Of a DNA stretch of 64,000 bases, positions 1 through 9,222 are shown piece after piece. The stretch is from a virus. Taxonomy: Duplodnaviria > Caudoviricetes. Location of the stretch: IMG/VR virus record IMGVR_UViG_2816332268_000002, positions 32,001 through 96,000 of that record. One strand, 5' to 3'. The translations under genes were made by a program, and so were the position numbers. The number at the start of each line of letters is the position of its first letter. Position 1 is the first letter of the stretch. Under the pieces are notes generated by a model. It did no database searches, was not told the DNA's origin, and worked only from the letters and a program-made list of their open reading frames with translations.

Positions 1-1
1 T

Positions 2-550
2 GTAGCTGCCGCTGCCGAGCACGCCGGCGCCAGCGCGGACACGGGCGCGATCATCGGAAGCGAGTTCGTTCGCCAGGAGCGTGCCGAGCTGCTGGGCGCG
101 CTGTCCGCTCTCGCGCAGAAGAACGCCGCGACGGCCGCGCGCCGCGTGCGCGACTTCGTGACGCGCGTCGACCTGGCTGTCATGGCCGGCAGGAACACGA
201 TGTCCGGCGCGCTGGTGGCGGCGCGCATCGTCGAAGGTCAGGCGCCGGTGTCGTTTCGCGTGCTCGACACGCTCGGGCGCAAATGGAAGACGACTGACTA
301 CGCGGCCGCGCTCGTCAAGGGGGCGATGCAGGGTATCTACGCCAACACGTTCGCGACGATTGCGGCCGAGGCAGGCGTCGATCTTGTCGAGGTGATCTAC
401 CCGGACGAGGTTCACGACAACCACGGCCTGCTGGTGTCGCTCTCAGGCGCCAAGGGCCGGCTGGGGTTCATGTCGGTGCGCGACGAGATCTTCCATCCGA
501 ACTCGGAAGCGCAGCTGCGTCCGTATGGGGGCGACGATGTTCCGGCCTAA
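2..550 (+). CDS. phage morphogenesis protein, 5'-truncated (head region)
   Basis: Frame is open from the window edge and lies directly upstream of head-tail completion genes. Confidence 0.55.
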   Translation, partial: VAAAAEHAGASADTGAIIGSEFVRQERAELLGALSALAQKNAATAARRVRDFVTRVDLAVMAGRNTMSGALVAARIVEGQAPVSFRVLDTLGRKWKTTDYAAALVKGAMQGIYANTFATIAAEAGVDLVEVIYPDEVHDNHGLLVSLSGAKGRLGFMSVRDEIFHPNSEAQLRPYGGDDVPA

Positions 551-878
551 CGCAATCTGCTCGATCTTTCCGCTGCTCGAGCACACCCTCTATGGCGAGT
601 CGATCGCCGGCAAGCCAGTTCAGGAGGGGTGCAATATCGTGCGCTCGCAGTCGAGTGTGAAACCCACCAACTCGCGGGCGATGATCTCGGGCTCGGGCGA
701 GCACGCAGAAGACGCCGCGGTCGTCGCGCGCATTCTGGTTGACCGTCGGACGTCGGCAGCGATCGGCGCGAAGCTCACGGCGCGCGACATCACAATTCGC
801 ATCACGTCGATCGAGCCGAAATACGACACTTTCGGTCGGCTCGACCATCACGTCATCGAGGGCACGCCATGGGTCTAG
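537..878 (+). CDS. putative head closure/head-tail joining protein
   Basis: ~113 aa beta-rich ORF in the canonical slot before the HK97 gp10-like gene. Confidence 0.55.
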   Translation: MFRPNAICSIFPLLEHTLYGESIAGKPVQEGCNIVRSQSSVKPTNSRAMISGSGEHAEDAAVVARILVDRRTSAAIGAKLTARDITIRITSIEPKYDTFGRLDHHVIEGTPWV

Positions 879-1330
879 TCAAAAGCAACTTCAGCACCGA
901 GCTGCTCGCCGCGCAGCTGGCCCAGCTCGGCGAGCGCTCAAGCCGGAAGATCCTGACCGTCATGCGCGACGAGGCGCAGACGATCGCGCGCCTCGCAAGG
1001 GAGAACGCGCCGCACAAGGATGGCGATCTCGAGGAGGCAATCCACGTTGTCGAGGACCGCGGCGGGATGAACAACCGCACGCAGGTCACGATCGAGGTCG
1101 ATCCGGCAGCAGTCGACGCACACGGCAAGCGGGTCGCCGAATACGCCGCGATCATGCACGAGGGGCTGGCGCCATACGGCACCGGTGCGTTCAAGCTCGA
1201 TGACGGCTCGGTCGCTAAGGACGCCGGCTCGGGCAAAGTTGGCGGCAAGTTCATGGAGCGCGCGGTGCGCTCACGGCTCGGTCCGATGGGAAAGAAGGTC
1301 AAGGCCATCATCGCCGAGGAGGGGCAGTGA
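869..1330 (+). CDS. HK97 gp10-family tail completion protein
   Basis: ARENAPHKDGDLEEAI...YAAIMHEG...KFMERA pattern. Confidence 0.75.
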   Translation: MGLVKSNFSTELLAAQLAQLGERSSRKILTVMRDEAQTIARLARENAPHKDGDLEEAIHVVEDRGGMNNRTQVTIEVDPAAVDAHGKRVAEYAAIMHEGLAPYGTGAFKLDDGSVAKDAGSGKVGGKFMERAVRSRLGPMGKKVKAIIAEEGQ

Positions 1331-1710
1331 ATCTGGAAATGTTCGTTCCTAAGCTGGTCGCGGCGGGGCTCGGCAAGCCGGGGGAGAGCATCTTCATCAA
1401 CGAGATGCGTGCAGGCTGCGACGGGATCATGCTCAAGGAGAGCTACAAGGGCACTGCAATCGATCCGAACCTCCCCAAGTTCTATAAGGGCGAGTTTGCG
1501 ATTGTCGTCCGCAAGAGCGGCTACACCACTGCGCGCGCGCTGGCGCACGATGCGATGAATGCGCTGGCGTCAATGCTCGAGGAAACGCTCGAGGATGGGA
1601 CGCAGATTAAACATGTGATTCCGCGTCATCTTCCCATCGGTTATCCGATCCCGCAGTCGGGCCTTCAGGAATTCGTAGTCAACATTGACTGCGCCTATGT
1701 TGTCGGCTAG
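1327..1710 (+). CDS. tail terminator / minor capsid-type protein
   Basis: 127 aa, between gp10-like and tail tube genes; overlapping GTGA start/stop. Confidence 0.65.
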   Translation: MNLEMFVPKLVAAGLGKPGESIFINEMRAGCDGIMLKESYKGTAIDPNLPKFYKGEFAIVVRKSGYTTARALAHDAMNALASMLEETLEDGTQIKHVIPRHLPIGYPIPQSGLQEFVVNIDCAYVVG

Positions 1711-1715
1711 AGTAA

Positions 1716-1733
1716 TAAATAAGCGATGACTTA
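1716..1733 (+). promoter_or_regulatory. palindromic phage box TAAATAA-GCGA-TGACTTA, overlapping TATCAT
   Basis: Matches the recurrent 18-bp consensus; upstream of the tail tube gene. Confidence 0.7.
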
Positions 1734-1763
1734 TCATCGCATCCTTTGCAAAGGAGTTTTTGA

Positions 1764-2609
1764 GTGGCAAGTGATACCAAAAACGTGAAGCTGGGCATCT
1801 GCACCATTTTCTACAAGGGGCAGGATCTCGGCTATACGCAAGGCGGCGTGACGGTCACGGTCCAGACGAACACCCACAAGGTCAACGTCGACCAGTTCGG
1901 CCAGAGCGCCATCAACGAAAACATCATGTCGCGCGATGTCACGGTCAAGGCGCCGCTGGCGGAAACGACGCTGGACAACCTCGTCGCCACGATGCCGGGC
2001 GCAACACTGACCACGACGGGCGGCGCGAAGGCGACGGGCTCGCTGACGGTCACGGCGCTGCCGGCGGCCAACGATACGATCTCTGTCAACGGCACTGTGT
2101 TCACGTTCAAGGCGAACGCAGCGTCGGCGACCGATATCGCGATCGCTGCTTCGACGGCAGCGCAGGCAACTGCGATTGCGACCGCGCTGGCCGCCTCGAC
2201 CGATTCGAAGGTCAAAGGCGCCACCTATACGGCCGCAGGCTCGGTGGTGACGGCGACCGCACAGGCGCAGGATGCCACCGGCAACGCAATCACGCTGGCG
2301 AGCGATGGCGCCGGCGTGACGGTGTCGGGCGCTACGCTCACCGGCGGCGCGGATCCGCAGAAGAGCGTGGTCGTGACGGATGGCGTCGGTCTGGACCTGC
2401 TGAGCCTGGCGGGCGAGCTCCGTCTGCACCCGCAGGCGAAGCCGGCAAACGACTATTCCGAGGACTTCGTTATTCCGCTGGCTGCAACGGCAGGTGGCAT
2501 GAACTACGCGTATCAGGTGGACAAGGAACGCGTGTTCGACACGACGTTCACGGGCTTCCCGGACCCGCTGTCGCGGAAGGTGTTCTCGATCGGCACCGCA
2601 CCCGCGTAA
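1764..2609 (+). CDS. major tail tube protein with internal Ala/Thr-rich domain
   Basis: DLGYTQGGV motif, AAGGAG RBS, position before chaperones and tape measure. Confidence 0.85.
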   Translation: MASDTKNVKLGICTIFYKGQDLGYTQGGVTVTVQTNTHKVNVDQFGQSAINENIMSRDVTVKAPLAETTLDNLVATMPGATLTTTGGAKATGSLTVTALPAANDTISVNGTVFTFKANAASATDIAIAASTAAQATAIATALAASTDSKVKGATYTAAGSVVTATAQAQDATGNAITLASDGAGVTVSGATLTGGADPQKSVVVTDGVGLDLLSLAGELRLHPQAKPANDYSEDFVIPLAATAGGMNYAYQVDKERVFDTTFTGFPDPLSRKVFSIGTAPA

Positions 2610-2626
2610 TAATACGCACCTCACGA

Positions 2627-2644
2627 TAAGTCATTAACGACTTA
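2627..2644 (+). promoter_or_regulatory. palindromic phage box TAAGTCA-TTAA-CGACTTA
   Basis: One mismatch from the perfect palindrome; intergenic. Confidence 0.8.
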
Positions 2645-2690
2645 ATGAGCCGGCGCAAGCCGGCTCACCCACATGAAAAAGCGAAAGAGC

Positions 2691-3071
2691 ATGAGCAAAA
2701 ACTCCGCAGTCAAGATTCTCGATCTCGACAACCTGCCGACGAGCCAGCCCCAGCGCCAGATCACTCTGGGCGGCAAGAGCTACGCAGTGCAGGACATGAC
2801 GGTCGAAATGTTTATCGACGCGCAACAGGCCGCCAAACGTCTCGAAGGCGAGACGGACATCCTCAAGCAGCTGGACGAGACGATCGTCGCGATCATGCGC
2901 GCGGTGCCGGACGTGCCCGAAGCTGAGCTGCGAAAGCTGACGTTCGAGAAGCTGTCGGTCGTCGGCGCGTTCATTCGCGGCATGTTCGACCCGGACCAAG
3001 CCGACGTCGAGGCGGCGGTCGCTGCTGCCGCGGCAGAGAGCGGCGAGGGGGCCGGCGACGCAAAAAAGTAA
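2691..3071 (+). CDS. tail assembly chaperone (lambda gpG-like)
   Basis: Between tube and tape measure; ends GCA AAA AAG TAA (slippery site). Confidence 0.8.
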   Translation: MSKNSAVKILDLDNLPTSQPQRQITLGGKSYAVQDMTVEMFIDAQQAAKRLEGETDILKQLDETIVAIMRAVPDVPEAELRKLTFEKLSVVGAFIRGMFDPDQADVEAAVAAAAAESGEGAGDAKK

Positions 3072-3412
3072 CTGCCGCTGATGCCGACGGGGAGGTCGAA
3101 ATCGACTTCCCCTTTCTGTTTTCGCGCGTCATGCGGCACTACAGCATGAGCTACAGGGAAGTCATGGTGCTTCCCATTCGCGCTTTCTGGGTGCTCAACC
3201 GCAACATCAATCGGCTGCTCGCGGAAGAAGACCTCCGTGCGTTCATGTTGCATGTATCCCGCCAGGCCGCAGAGCCCGCGCAGGAATACGAAACCAAGCT
3301 CCGAACCGAGATTTTCCCCGATCAGGGCAACGCGACGAACTCGCGCCTGAACGAGAAGCGCGATGACGCCGGCTTCGCAGAGCTAAAGATGATGGCGTCG
3401 CAACAATGGTAG
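3068..3412 (+). CDS. tail assembly chaperone frameshift extension (gpT-like, -1 frame)
   Basis: -1 frame is open from the A AAA AAG heptamer into ORF 3131-3412. Confidence 0.75.
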   Translation, partial: VTAADADGEVEIDFPFLFSRVMRHYSMSYREVMVLPIRAFWVLNRNINRLLAEEDLRAFMLHVSRQAAEPAQEYETKLRTEIFPDQGNATNSRLNEKRDDAGFAELKMMASQQW

Positions 3413-3419
3413 GAAAGGC

Positions 3420-6400
3420 ATGAACGGTCTGGGCGACATCGGTTACAACCTCATTCTGGATGACAGTGGTTTTCGCGTAACCGCGAGGGCCACGCATGCG
3501 CAGCTCCAGGCGCTCGAGCGCCAGTTCGCATCGACAGGGCAGGCAGTCGAGGCACTGCAGGGCAGTTTGTCGAAGGCGGGCGGCTCGTTCCACAGCTTCG
3601 TGGCAACCGTCGGCGCGGTGAAGTTCGCCATGCTCGACGTCCATGGGATCTTTCTCGCGCTTCCGGCCGGCATCATGGAGACGTCCGGCCAGATCGAGCG
3701 GCTGACGAAGGTGCTGGAGGGGCTGTCGACCGCCAGCACTGATGCGAAGCGCCAGCTCGACGCGCTGCGCGGTGTGGACTTCATTCTGGGCCTCGAGCAG
3801 CGCGTGCCGTTCAGCATGCAGTCGCTCACGGACATGTTCGTCAAGCTCAAGACGGTCGGCATCGACCCCGCGAAGGGCGCGGCCGAGGCGCTGACGAACG
3901 AAGTCGCGAAGTTCGGCGGCGGGTCGCTGCAATTGAAGGAAGCGTCGCTCGCTATCCAGCAGATGCTCGGCAAGGGCAGCGTGTCGCTGCAAGAGCTTCG
4001 CATGCAGCTGTCGCAGGCAGTCCCGAACGCGGCGCAGAAGATGGCCGACGCGATGGGCCTGTCGATGGATCAGCTCATCGGGAAGATCAAGAAGGGGTCG
4101 GTGGAAGCGTCGTCCGCCGTGGGCAAGATGCTCGCTGCCTTCAACCTGGATTCGCTGGGGGCCGGCGCCGCCCAGATGGAAACTTGGCTCGGCCTTCAGG
4201 AAAAGCTGGGCACGCAGTGGGAGTTGTGGAAGAAGTCCGTCGGCGATGCCGGGTTTTTCGATGCGGCGAAGAAGTCGCTGTCGGAAATGGTGGATGTCTT
4301 CCATACGTCCGAAGCAAAGCAGTGGGCGCACGACCTGAGCGATGGATTGGTCGGCGCGATCAAGGCCGGCAATTCGCTTGTCAGCACGGTTGTCGAATAC
4401 AAGGACCAGCTGAAGCTTGCCGCAGAGGCTGCCGCCGCTCTTGGTGCCGTAATGGCGACTAAGTGGGTGCTGGGCGGGGTTGCAGGCGCGGCTGGAAGCT
4501 TCGTCGGTTCGTTCCGGCAGTTCGCGACTGACTCACTCGCGACCGAGAATCTTGTCGCGCAAAAGCGCATTTCCCTGTCTGAGCAGATTCGGGCCGAGGA
4601 TGCGAAGCGTATCGCGATGATTCGGGAGGAGAGCGTCGCACGTCAGGAGGCGCTCGCCGCGGAAATCGCAGGCAACCAACGTCTCATCGTCGAAAATGAC
4701 AAGCGCTACGCAGCGATCGATGCGCGTCGCCAAGCCGAGATCGCGGGCGAGATCGCTGCCAACGAGCAGATTCTCGCGGCCAAGGTAACGTTGCTCGCTG
4801 AGCTCGAGGCGCGCGAGGTCGCGGCAACCGCATTCGTTGCGGCCGAGCAGGATAAGCGCCTTGCGATGTCGATGGCGTCCAATTCGGCGACGGCCGCGCA
4901 GTATGCGGCACAGGCAAAGTTCACTGAGGAAGTCGAGGGCCGGCTCGCGTCGATGCGCGCCGAGATTGCGCTTCTGACCGAAGAAGAGGCGCTGCTGCGT
5001 CAGCGCATCGCGACGCTCAACGCCGTGTCCGCGGCCGAGCGCGAAACCGCGATTGCCCAAGGGCAGCTCAACGCAGCGACGAGCGCAGAGAACGCGATCC
5101 TCGTCGAGAAGAACGCGATCCTCGCAGCGACCATTGCTGAAGAGCGTGTCGCGCTGACAGCGGTTCAGCAGATGACGACCGCGCAGGTTGCGTGGAAGGA
5201 GGCGACGCTCGGGCTGCAGTTCGCGTTCAACGCCCTCGGCGGCTGGCTCACGGTGCTGGCCGGCGCAATCATCGGCGGCATCGCGCTCTGGAACAGCTTC
5301 GCTGAAGCGGCCAAGCGTGCGGCAAACGCCGCGATCGACGCGGCCAACATCAAGCGCTCGATCGCGCAGGGTGCCGTTGCGCAGGGCGACCTGGACCGCC
5401 AGGACGGTCACATCACCGATCAGAAGAACAAGATCGCGGACCTGCAAAACCAGATCGCGATGGCACAGAAGGGGCGGCGCGTCGATTCGGGCTGGGAGGC
5501 CGCGGATCCGCAGCGCGTCCAACAGCTCAAGACGCAGCTTGCCCAAGAGCAGGCGGCGCTGAGCGAGCTCGTCAGCCAGCGCGCTGCCGCGAAGAAGGTT
5601 CTCGACGCGTCCGACCTCGACGCCAACACCTACAAGTATCAGACCGCATACCAGCGGGAGACGGACGCCAAGGTCGCGGCCATCGCGAAGTCGGGCCAGA
5701 ACGAAGTCTCGGCGATCAAGGACAAATACGACGCGATCAAGAAGGCGTCGGGCAAGGGGCTGTCCGAAGAGCAGCAGCAGGCGCAGGGCACCGAGGTTGC
5801 AGCGGCGATCAAGAAGGGCACTGAGGCGATCGCCAAGGCATATGAGGCGCGCGACGCCGAGCTGCGTCAGAGGATCAAATCGGTCACCGGGCCGGACGCC
5901 GAAATGCAGCGCGCAGCGCTGCAGAAGGAGCTTGAGCGCGTTCGCCAGGAGGGCGAGAACCAGCGTTCCACGTTCGTAGCGGCGATGAACTCGCCGAACG
6001 TATGGCTCGAAGCGAACAAGAAGAAGGGTGGCGCAGCCCGGCCACCCACCGACAAGCTCGCGAACCGGCTGGGCGACTTGAACGTCCAGATCGCAGACGC
6101 CAAGGCAAAGCTCGCGCAGGTCGTCGAGGGTGCCACCGAGTATGACCAGCTCCGCGCCCAGGCGCAGGAGAAGGTGTCGGCAATGATCGACGCCGGCCAA
6201 CTGAACTTCGTCACGCACGGCAAGGGCGGCACGAGCACGAAGGCCGACATCAACAGCGAAATGGCCCAGAAGCTCGTCGACCAGATGACGCTGCTGGAGA
6301 TCCTGAAGAATGGCCGGCAGCAGATGCAGCAGCTCAACGCACGGATCGCGCCGCTGAAGGCCGAATACGCGCAAGGCATGGATCAGATTGCGCAGGGCGA

Positions 6401-7826
6401 TTTCACGACGCCGACCGGGAAGAATGACAACTCGATGCTGTCGTTCCTCGAGAAGCTGTCGACGCGATCGCTGGAAGCCGCGAAGGATCTCGCACCCCTA
6501 ATCGACAAGATGAAGGAGGCGCAGCGGGTGGCCGATCAGGTCGACCTGATGAACTTTACCCGCAATGTCGGCAAGCAGATGCAAACCGACCAGCTGTCGT
6601 TGATCGACGGGCGCGCTGAGAAGCTCCAGGCGCAATGGGCAATCGAAGACGCGGCATGGCGACGCGAGGCAGCAGACCGCCTGAACAAGGTGGCGAAGCA
6701 GGGGCAGGACGTATCCGAAGAGCAGTCGATCATTGACGCGGCCGATTTGGTGCGGGCCAAGAAACACGCTAGGGATCTCGAGACGCCGATGCAGCAACTC
6801 GTGACCAAGTGGCAGCAGGCTACCGACACGATGCAGCAGGCGTCGATGAACTGGTCGAACAATACGATCGACGCGTTCGTCAATGCCGCCAAGACGGGTC
6901 GGTTCGAGTGGCAAAACTTGATGGAGGGCATCGTCGCCGACACCCTGAAGGCGTCGCTCCAGAAGAAGATCGGCTCGTCCCTTCAGGTCGGCTATGACTG
7001 GCTGGCGAACGGCATCGGCAAGCTGCTGGGCGGCAACGCTACGCCGGCGCCAATTACGACCCAGGGTTCGGCGGGCGCTGGTCTGGGCATGGCTGGCGGA
7101 CTCGAGCTGCAAACAAGCGTGTCGACCCTGGCCCGCGGCTTCACCAATCTCGCGATGAGCTCGGACAAGTGGGGCTTCTCACTCGCCGATAACGTGAAGG
7201 GCATGTTGACCGGGCAGACCGCACAGGTTACCGCCAACAACTCTTTGATGACGTTGGCGAACGCCGCCCAAATCGCATCGTCTGCGCTCGCGCAGATGGC
7301 GGGCGGTAGCGCCGGAGGAGGCGGGCTAGGCGGACTGTTCGGGGCGTTGGGGTCCGTGTTCGGTCTGGGCAGTTCGTCCGGCGCGTCGTCTGCCGCGGCC
7401 GGCTCCGCGAGCAGCTGGGGCGTGGGATCGAACAGCTTCGGCTTCACCATGCCCGCGTTCGCGAACGGCGGCGTGATGACGCAGTTCGGCGTGATGAACC
7501 TCCGGAAGTATGCGAATGGCGGTATCGCGAACTCACCACAGATGGCGATCTACGGGGAGGGCAGCTCTCCGGAAGCGTTCGTCCCGCTGCCTGATGGCCG
7601 CTCTATTCCTGTGACGATGCGCATTGCCGCGCAACAGCAGAGCGGGGGGCAAGGCGCTGGTGCCTCCCCGGTGACCGTCAACGTCATCAACCAGACGGGT
7701 CAGCAGGTGCAGGCGCAGCAGGGCAATACGCGCTTCGACGGCAAGCAGATGATTCTCGACGTAGTGCTGTCCGCAGCGACGACGCCGGGCGGGTTCCGTG
7801 ACCAGATGCGAGGAGCAATGAAGTGA
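3420..7826 (+). CDS. tail tape measure protein
   Basis: 1468 aa Ala-rich helical protein; N-terminal tape-measure domain, C-terminal FANGG..GEGSSPEAFVPL. Confidence 0.95.
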   Translation: MNGLGDIGYNLILDDSGFRVTARATHAQLQALERQFASTGQAVEALQGSLSKAGGSFHSFVATVGAVKFAMLDVHGIFLALPAGIMETSGQIERLTKVLEGLSTASTDAKRQLDALRGVDFILGLEQRVPFSMQSLTDMFVKLKTVGIDPAKGAAEALTNEVAKFGGGSLQLKEASLAIQQMLGKGSVSLQELRMQLSQAVPNAAQKMADAMGLSMDQLIGKIKKGSVEASSAVGKMLAAFNLDSLGAGAAQMETWLGLQEKLGTQWELWKKSVGDAGFFDAAKKSLSEMVDVFHTSEAKQWAHDLSDGLVGAIKAGNSLVSTVVEYKDQLKLAAEAAAALGAVMATKWVLGGVAGAAGSFVGSFRQFATDSLATENLVAQKRISLSEQIRAEDAKRIAMIREESVARQEALAAEIAGNQRLIVENDKRYAAIDARRQAEIAGEIAANEQILAAKVTLLAELEAREVAATAFVAAEQDKRLAMSMASNSATAAQYAAQAKFTEEVEGRLASMRAEIALLTEEEALLRQRIATLNAVSAAERETAIAQGQLNAATSAENAILVEKNAILAATIAEERVALTAVQQMTTAQVAWKEATLGLQFAFNALGGWLTVLAGAIIGGIALWNSFAEAAKRAANAAIDAANIKRSIAQGAVAQGDLDRQDGHITDQKNKIADLQNQIAMAQKGRRVDSGWEAADPQRVQQLKTQLAQEQAALSELVSQRAAAKKVLDASDLDANTYKYQTAYQRETDAKVAAIAKSGQNEVSAIKDKYDAIKKASGKGLSEEQQQAQGTEVAAAIKKGTEAIAKAYEARDAELRQRIKSVTGPDAEMQRAALQKELERVRQEGENQRSTFVAAMNSPNVWLEANKKKGGAARPPTDKLANRLGDLNVQIADAKAKLAQVVEGATEYDQLRAQAQEKVSAMIDAGQLNFVTHGKGGTSTKADINSEMAQKLVDQMTLLEILKNGRQQMQQLNARIAPLKAEYAQGMDQIAQGDFTTPTGKNDNSMLSFLEKLSTRSLEAAKDLAPLIDKMKEAQRVADQVDLMNFTRNVGKQMQTDQLSLIDGRAEKLQAQWAIEDAAWRREAADRLNKVAKQGQDVSEEQSIIDAADLVRAKKHARDLETPMQQLVTKWQQATDTMQQASMNWSNNTIDAFVNAAKTGRFEWQNLMEGIVADTLKASLQKKIGSSLQVGYDWLANGIGKLLGGNATPAPITTQGSAGAGLGMAGGLELQTSVSTLARGFTNLAMSSDKWGFSLADNVKGMLTGQTAQVTANNSLMTLANAAQIASSALAQMAGGSAGGGGLGGLFGALGSVFGLGSSSGASSAAAGSASSWGVGSNSFGFTMPAFANGGVMTQFGVMNLRKYANGGIANSPQMAIYGEGSSPEAFVPLPDGRSIPVTMRIAAQQQSGGQGAGASPVTVNVINQTGQQVQAQQGNTRFDGKQMILDVVLSAATTPGGFRDQMRGAMK

Positions 7827-8188
7827 CCTACACGACCATGCCGTTCTGCGACCAGCAGGACTCTTCCAAGTTTCAGCAGGCCAAGGAGAACCCGGCGATC
7901 GGTTCGAAGATGGACGGGGGCTACGTGGTGACGCGCCCCCGTCACACCCGCCGGCCGCGCCGCAAGTTTTCGACCGGCTTCACCAACATGAGCCAGGCAG
8001 ACAGGGACGCGTTCGACGTGTTCTTCGACTCCGTGCATGGCGGGTCGGTGATTTTTACGTATATCCACCCCACGACGAAGGAGCAGATTCTGGTGCGGTT
8101 TACGGCAGATACGGAACTCAGCTGGAAGTATTCGGGCGTCGGCAAGAACTTTCGTTGGGACGTGGACTTCAAGCTCGAGGAGGCTTAA
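7823..8188 (+). CDS. distal tail protein (lambda gpM-like)
   Basis: 121 aa immediately after the tape measure; MDGGYVVTRPR. Confidence 0.75.
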   Translation: MTYTTMPFCDQQDSSKFQQAKENPAIGSKMDGGYVVTRPRHTRRPRRKFSTGFTNMSQADRDAFDVFFDSVHGGSVIFTYIHPTTKEQILVRFTADTELSWKYSGVGKNFRWDVDFKLEEA

Positions 8189-8823
8189 TGGGAAACCGTC
8201 TTTCTGTCGCCAGCGTCATTGAGAAGAACAAGCTCGGCAGCGACGTTCCGTATCTGGCATTTCTTGAGATCGGCGTGCTGGACCGCACGACGGGCTCGAT
8301 CCTCGAGACGCTCCGTTTCGTGAACAACACCGAGGACATCAAGCGCAACGGTGCTACTTACACCGCGGCACAGTTCTCGCTTGAGCTCAAGGCGGAAACC
8401 GGCACGCAGCCACAGATCATGCTGTCGGTCCTGGACTACGCGCGTGTGCTCCTGCAGAAGATGCAGGACAACAGCGGTGGGACTGGATTCCCGGTGACCG
8501 TGATCGTGTGCTCGGCTGACAACCTGAACGGCACGCCGGAGGTGCAGGAGTATTTCGAAGTCGTCAACGCGACCGCGACCAACTACACGGTGTCGTGGAC
8601 TCTCGGTGCGGAGAACGGCCTGCAGAAGATGTTCCCGAAGCGGATCCAGCGGCGCGACTTCTGCCAGTGGATCTATCGCGACGGGAGCACCTGCCGCTAC
8701 AACGGCCCGATGCAGGTATGCGATCGAACGATGGAGGGAACGCTCGGCTGCCGAGCTCACGGCAATGTGATCAACTTCGGCGGATACCCGAACCTGGTTT
8801 CCTCGAATTCTGTTACCCGGTAG
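8188..8823 (+). CDS. minor tail tip protein (lambda gpL-like)
   Basis: C-terminal CQWIY..C.Y....C......C...NFGGYP Cys cluster. Confidence 0.85.
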   Translation: MGNRLSVASVIEKNKLGSDVPYLAFLEIGVLDRTTGSILETLRFVNNTEDIKRNGATYTAAQFSLELKAETGTQPQIMLSVLDYARVLLQKMQDNSGGTGFPVTVIVCSADNLNGTPEVQEYFEVVNATATNYTVSWTLGAENGLQKMFPKRIQRRDFCQWIYRDGSTCRYNGPMQVCDRTMEGTLGCRAHGNVINFGGYPNLVSSNSVTR

Positions 8824-8825
8824 AA

Positions 8826-8843
8826 TAAGTCACTTATGACTTA
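8826..8843 (+). promoter_or_regulatory. perfect palindromic phage box TAAGTCA-CTTA-TGACTTA
   Basis: Perfect ATAAGTCA-N4-TGACTTAT; overlaps the ATG at 8836. Confidence 0.85.
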
Positions 8844-9222
8844 TATTGACCTTCTCGGCGCCCCGTTTGAACTCGGTGGCCGCGGGCCTGATTCGTTTGA
8901 CTGCTACGGGCTCGTCATGCACCTCACGGAACAGGCGACCGGTAAGCGCCCGCCGGATTACGGGGTGTCAGGGGATGCAGCGCGTATCGGGGCAATGATG
9001 GCCTGCGCCCGTGTTTTCTGGAAAAAGCTCGACGGGCCGAAGCCTGGCTGCTGCGTGCTTTTCCGGATGGGGCGCCACATCAACCACTGCGGCTACGTCA
9101 TCGACGCAAACCGCTTTATCCACGCTTGGGACAAGACCGGCGGCGTGACGATTGAGCGGCTTTCGGATTGGGAAAAGAGCAAGAGGGTTTTCGGGTTCTA
9201 TGAGTATCAGCATGCAGAGTAG
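8836..9222 (+). CDS. NlpC/P60 tail assembly peptidase (lambda gpK-like)
   Basis: GRGPDSFDCYGL ... HCG ... FIHA catalytic motifs. Confidence 0.9.
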   Translation: MTYIDLLGAPFELGGRGPDSFDCYGLVMHLTEQATGKRPPDYGVSGDAARIGAMMACARVFWKKLDGPKPGCCVLFRMGRHINHCGYVIDANRFIHAWDKTGGVTIERLSDWEKSKRVFGFYEYQHAE

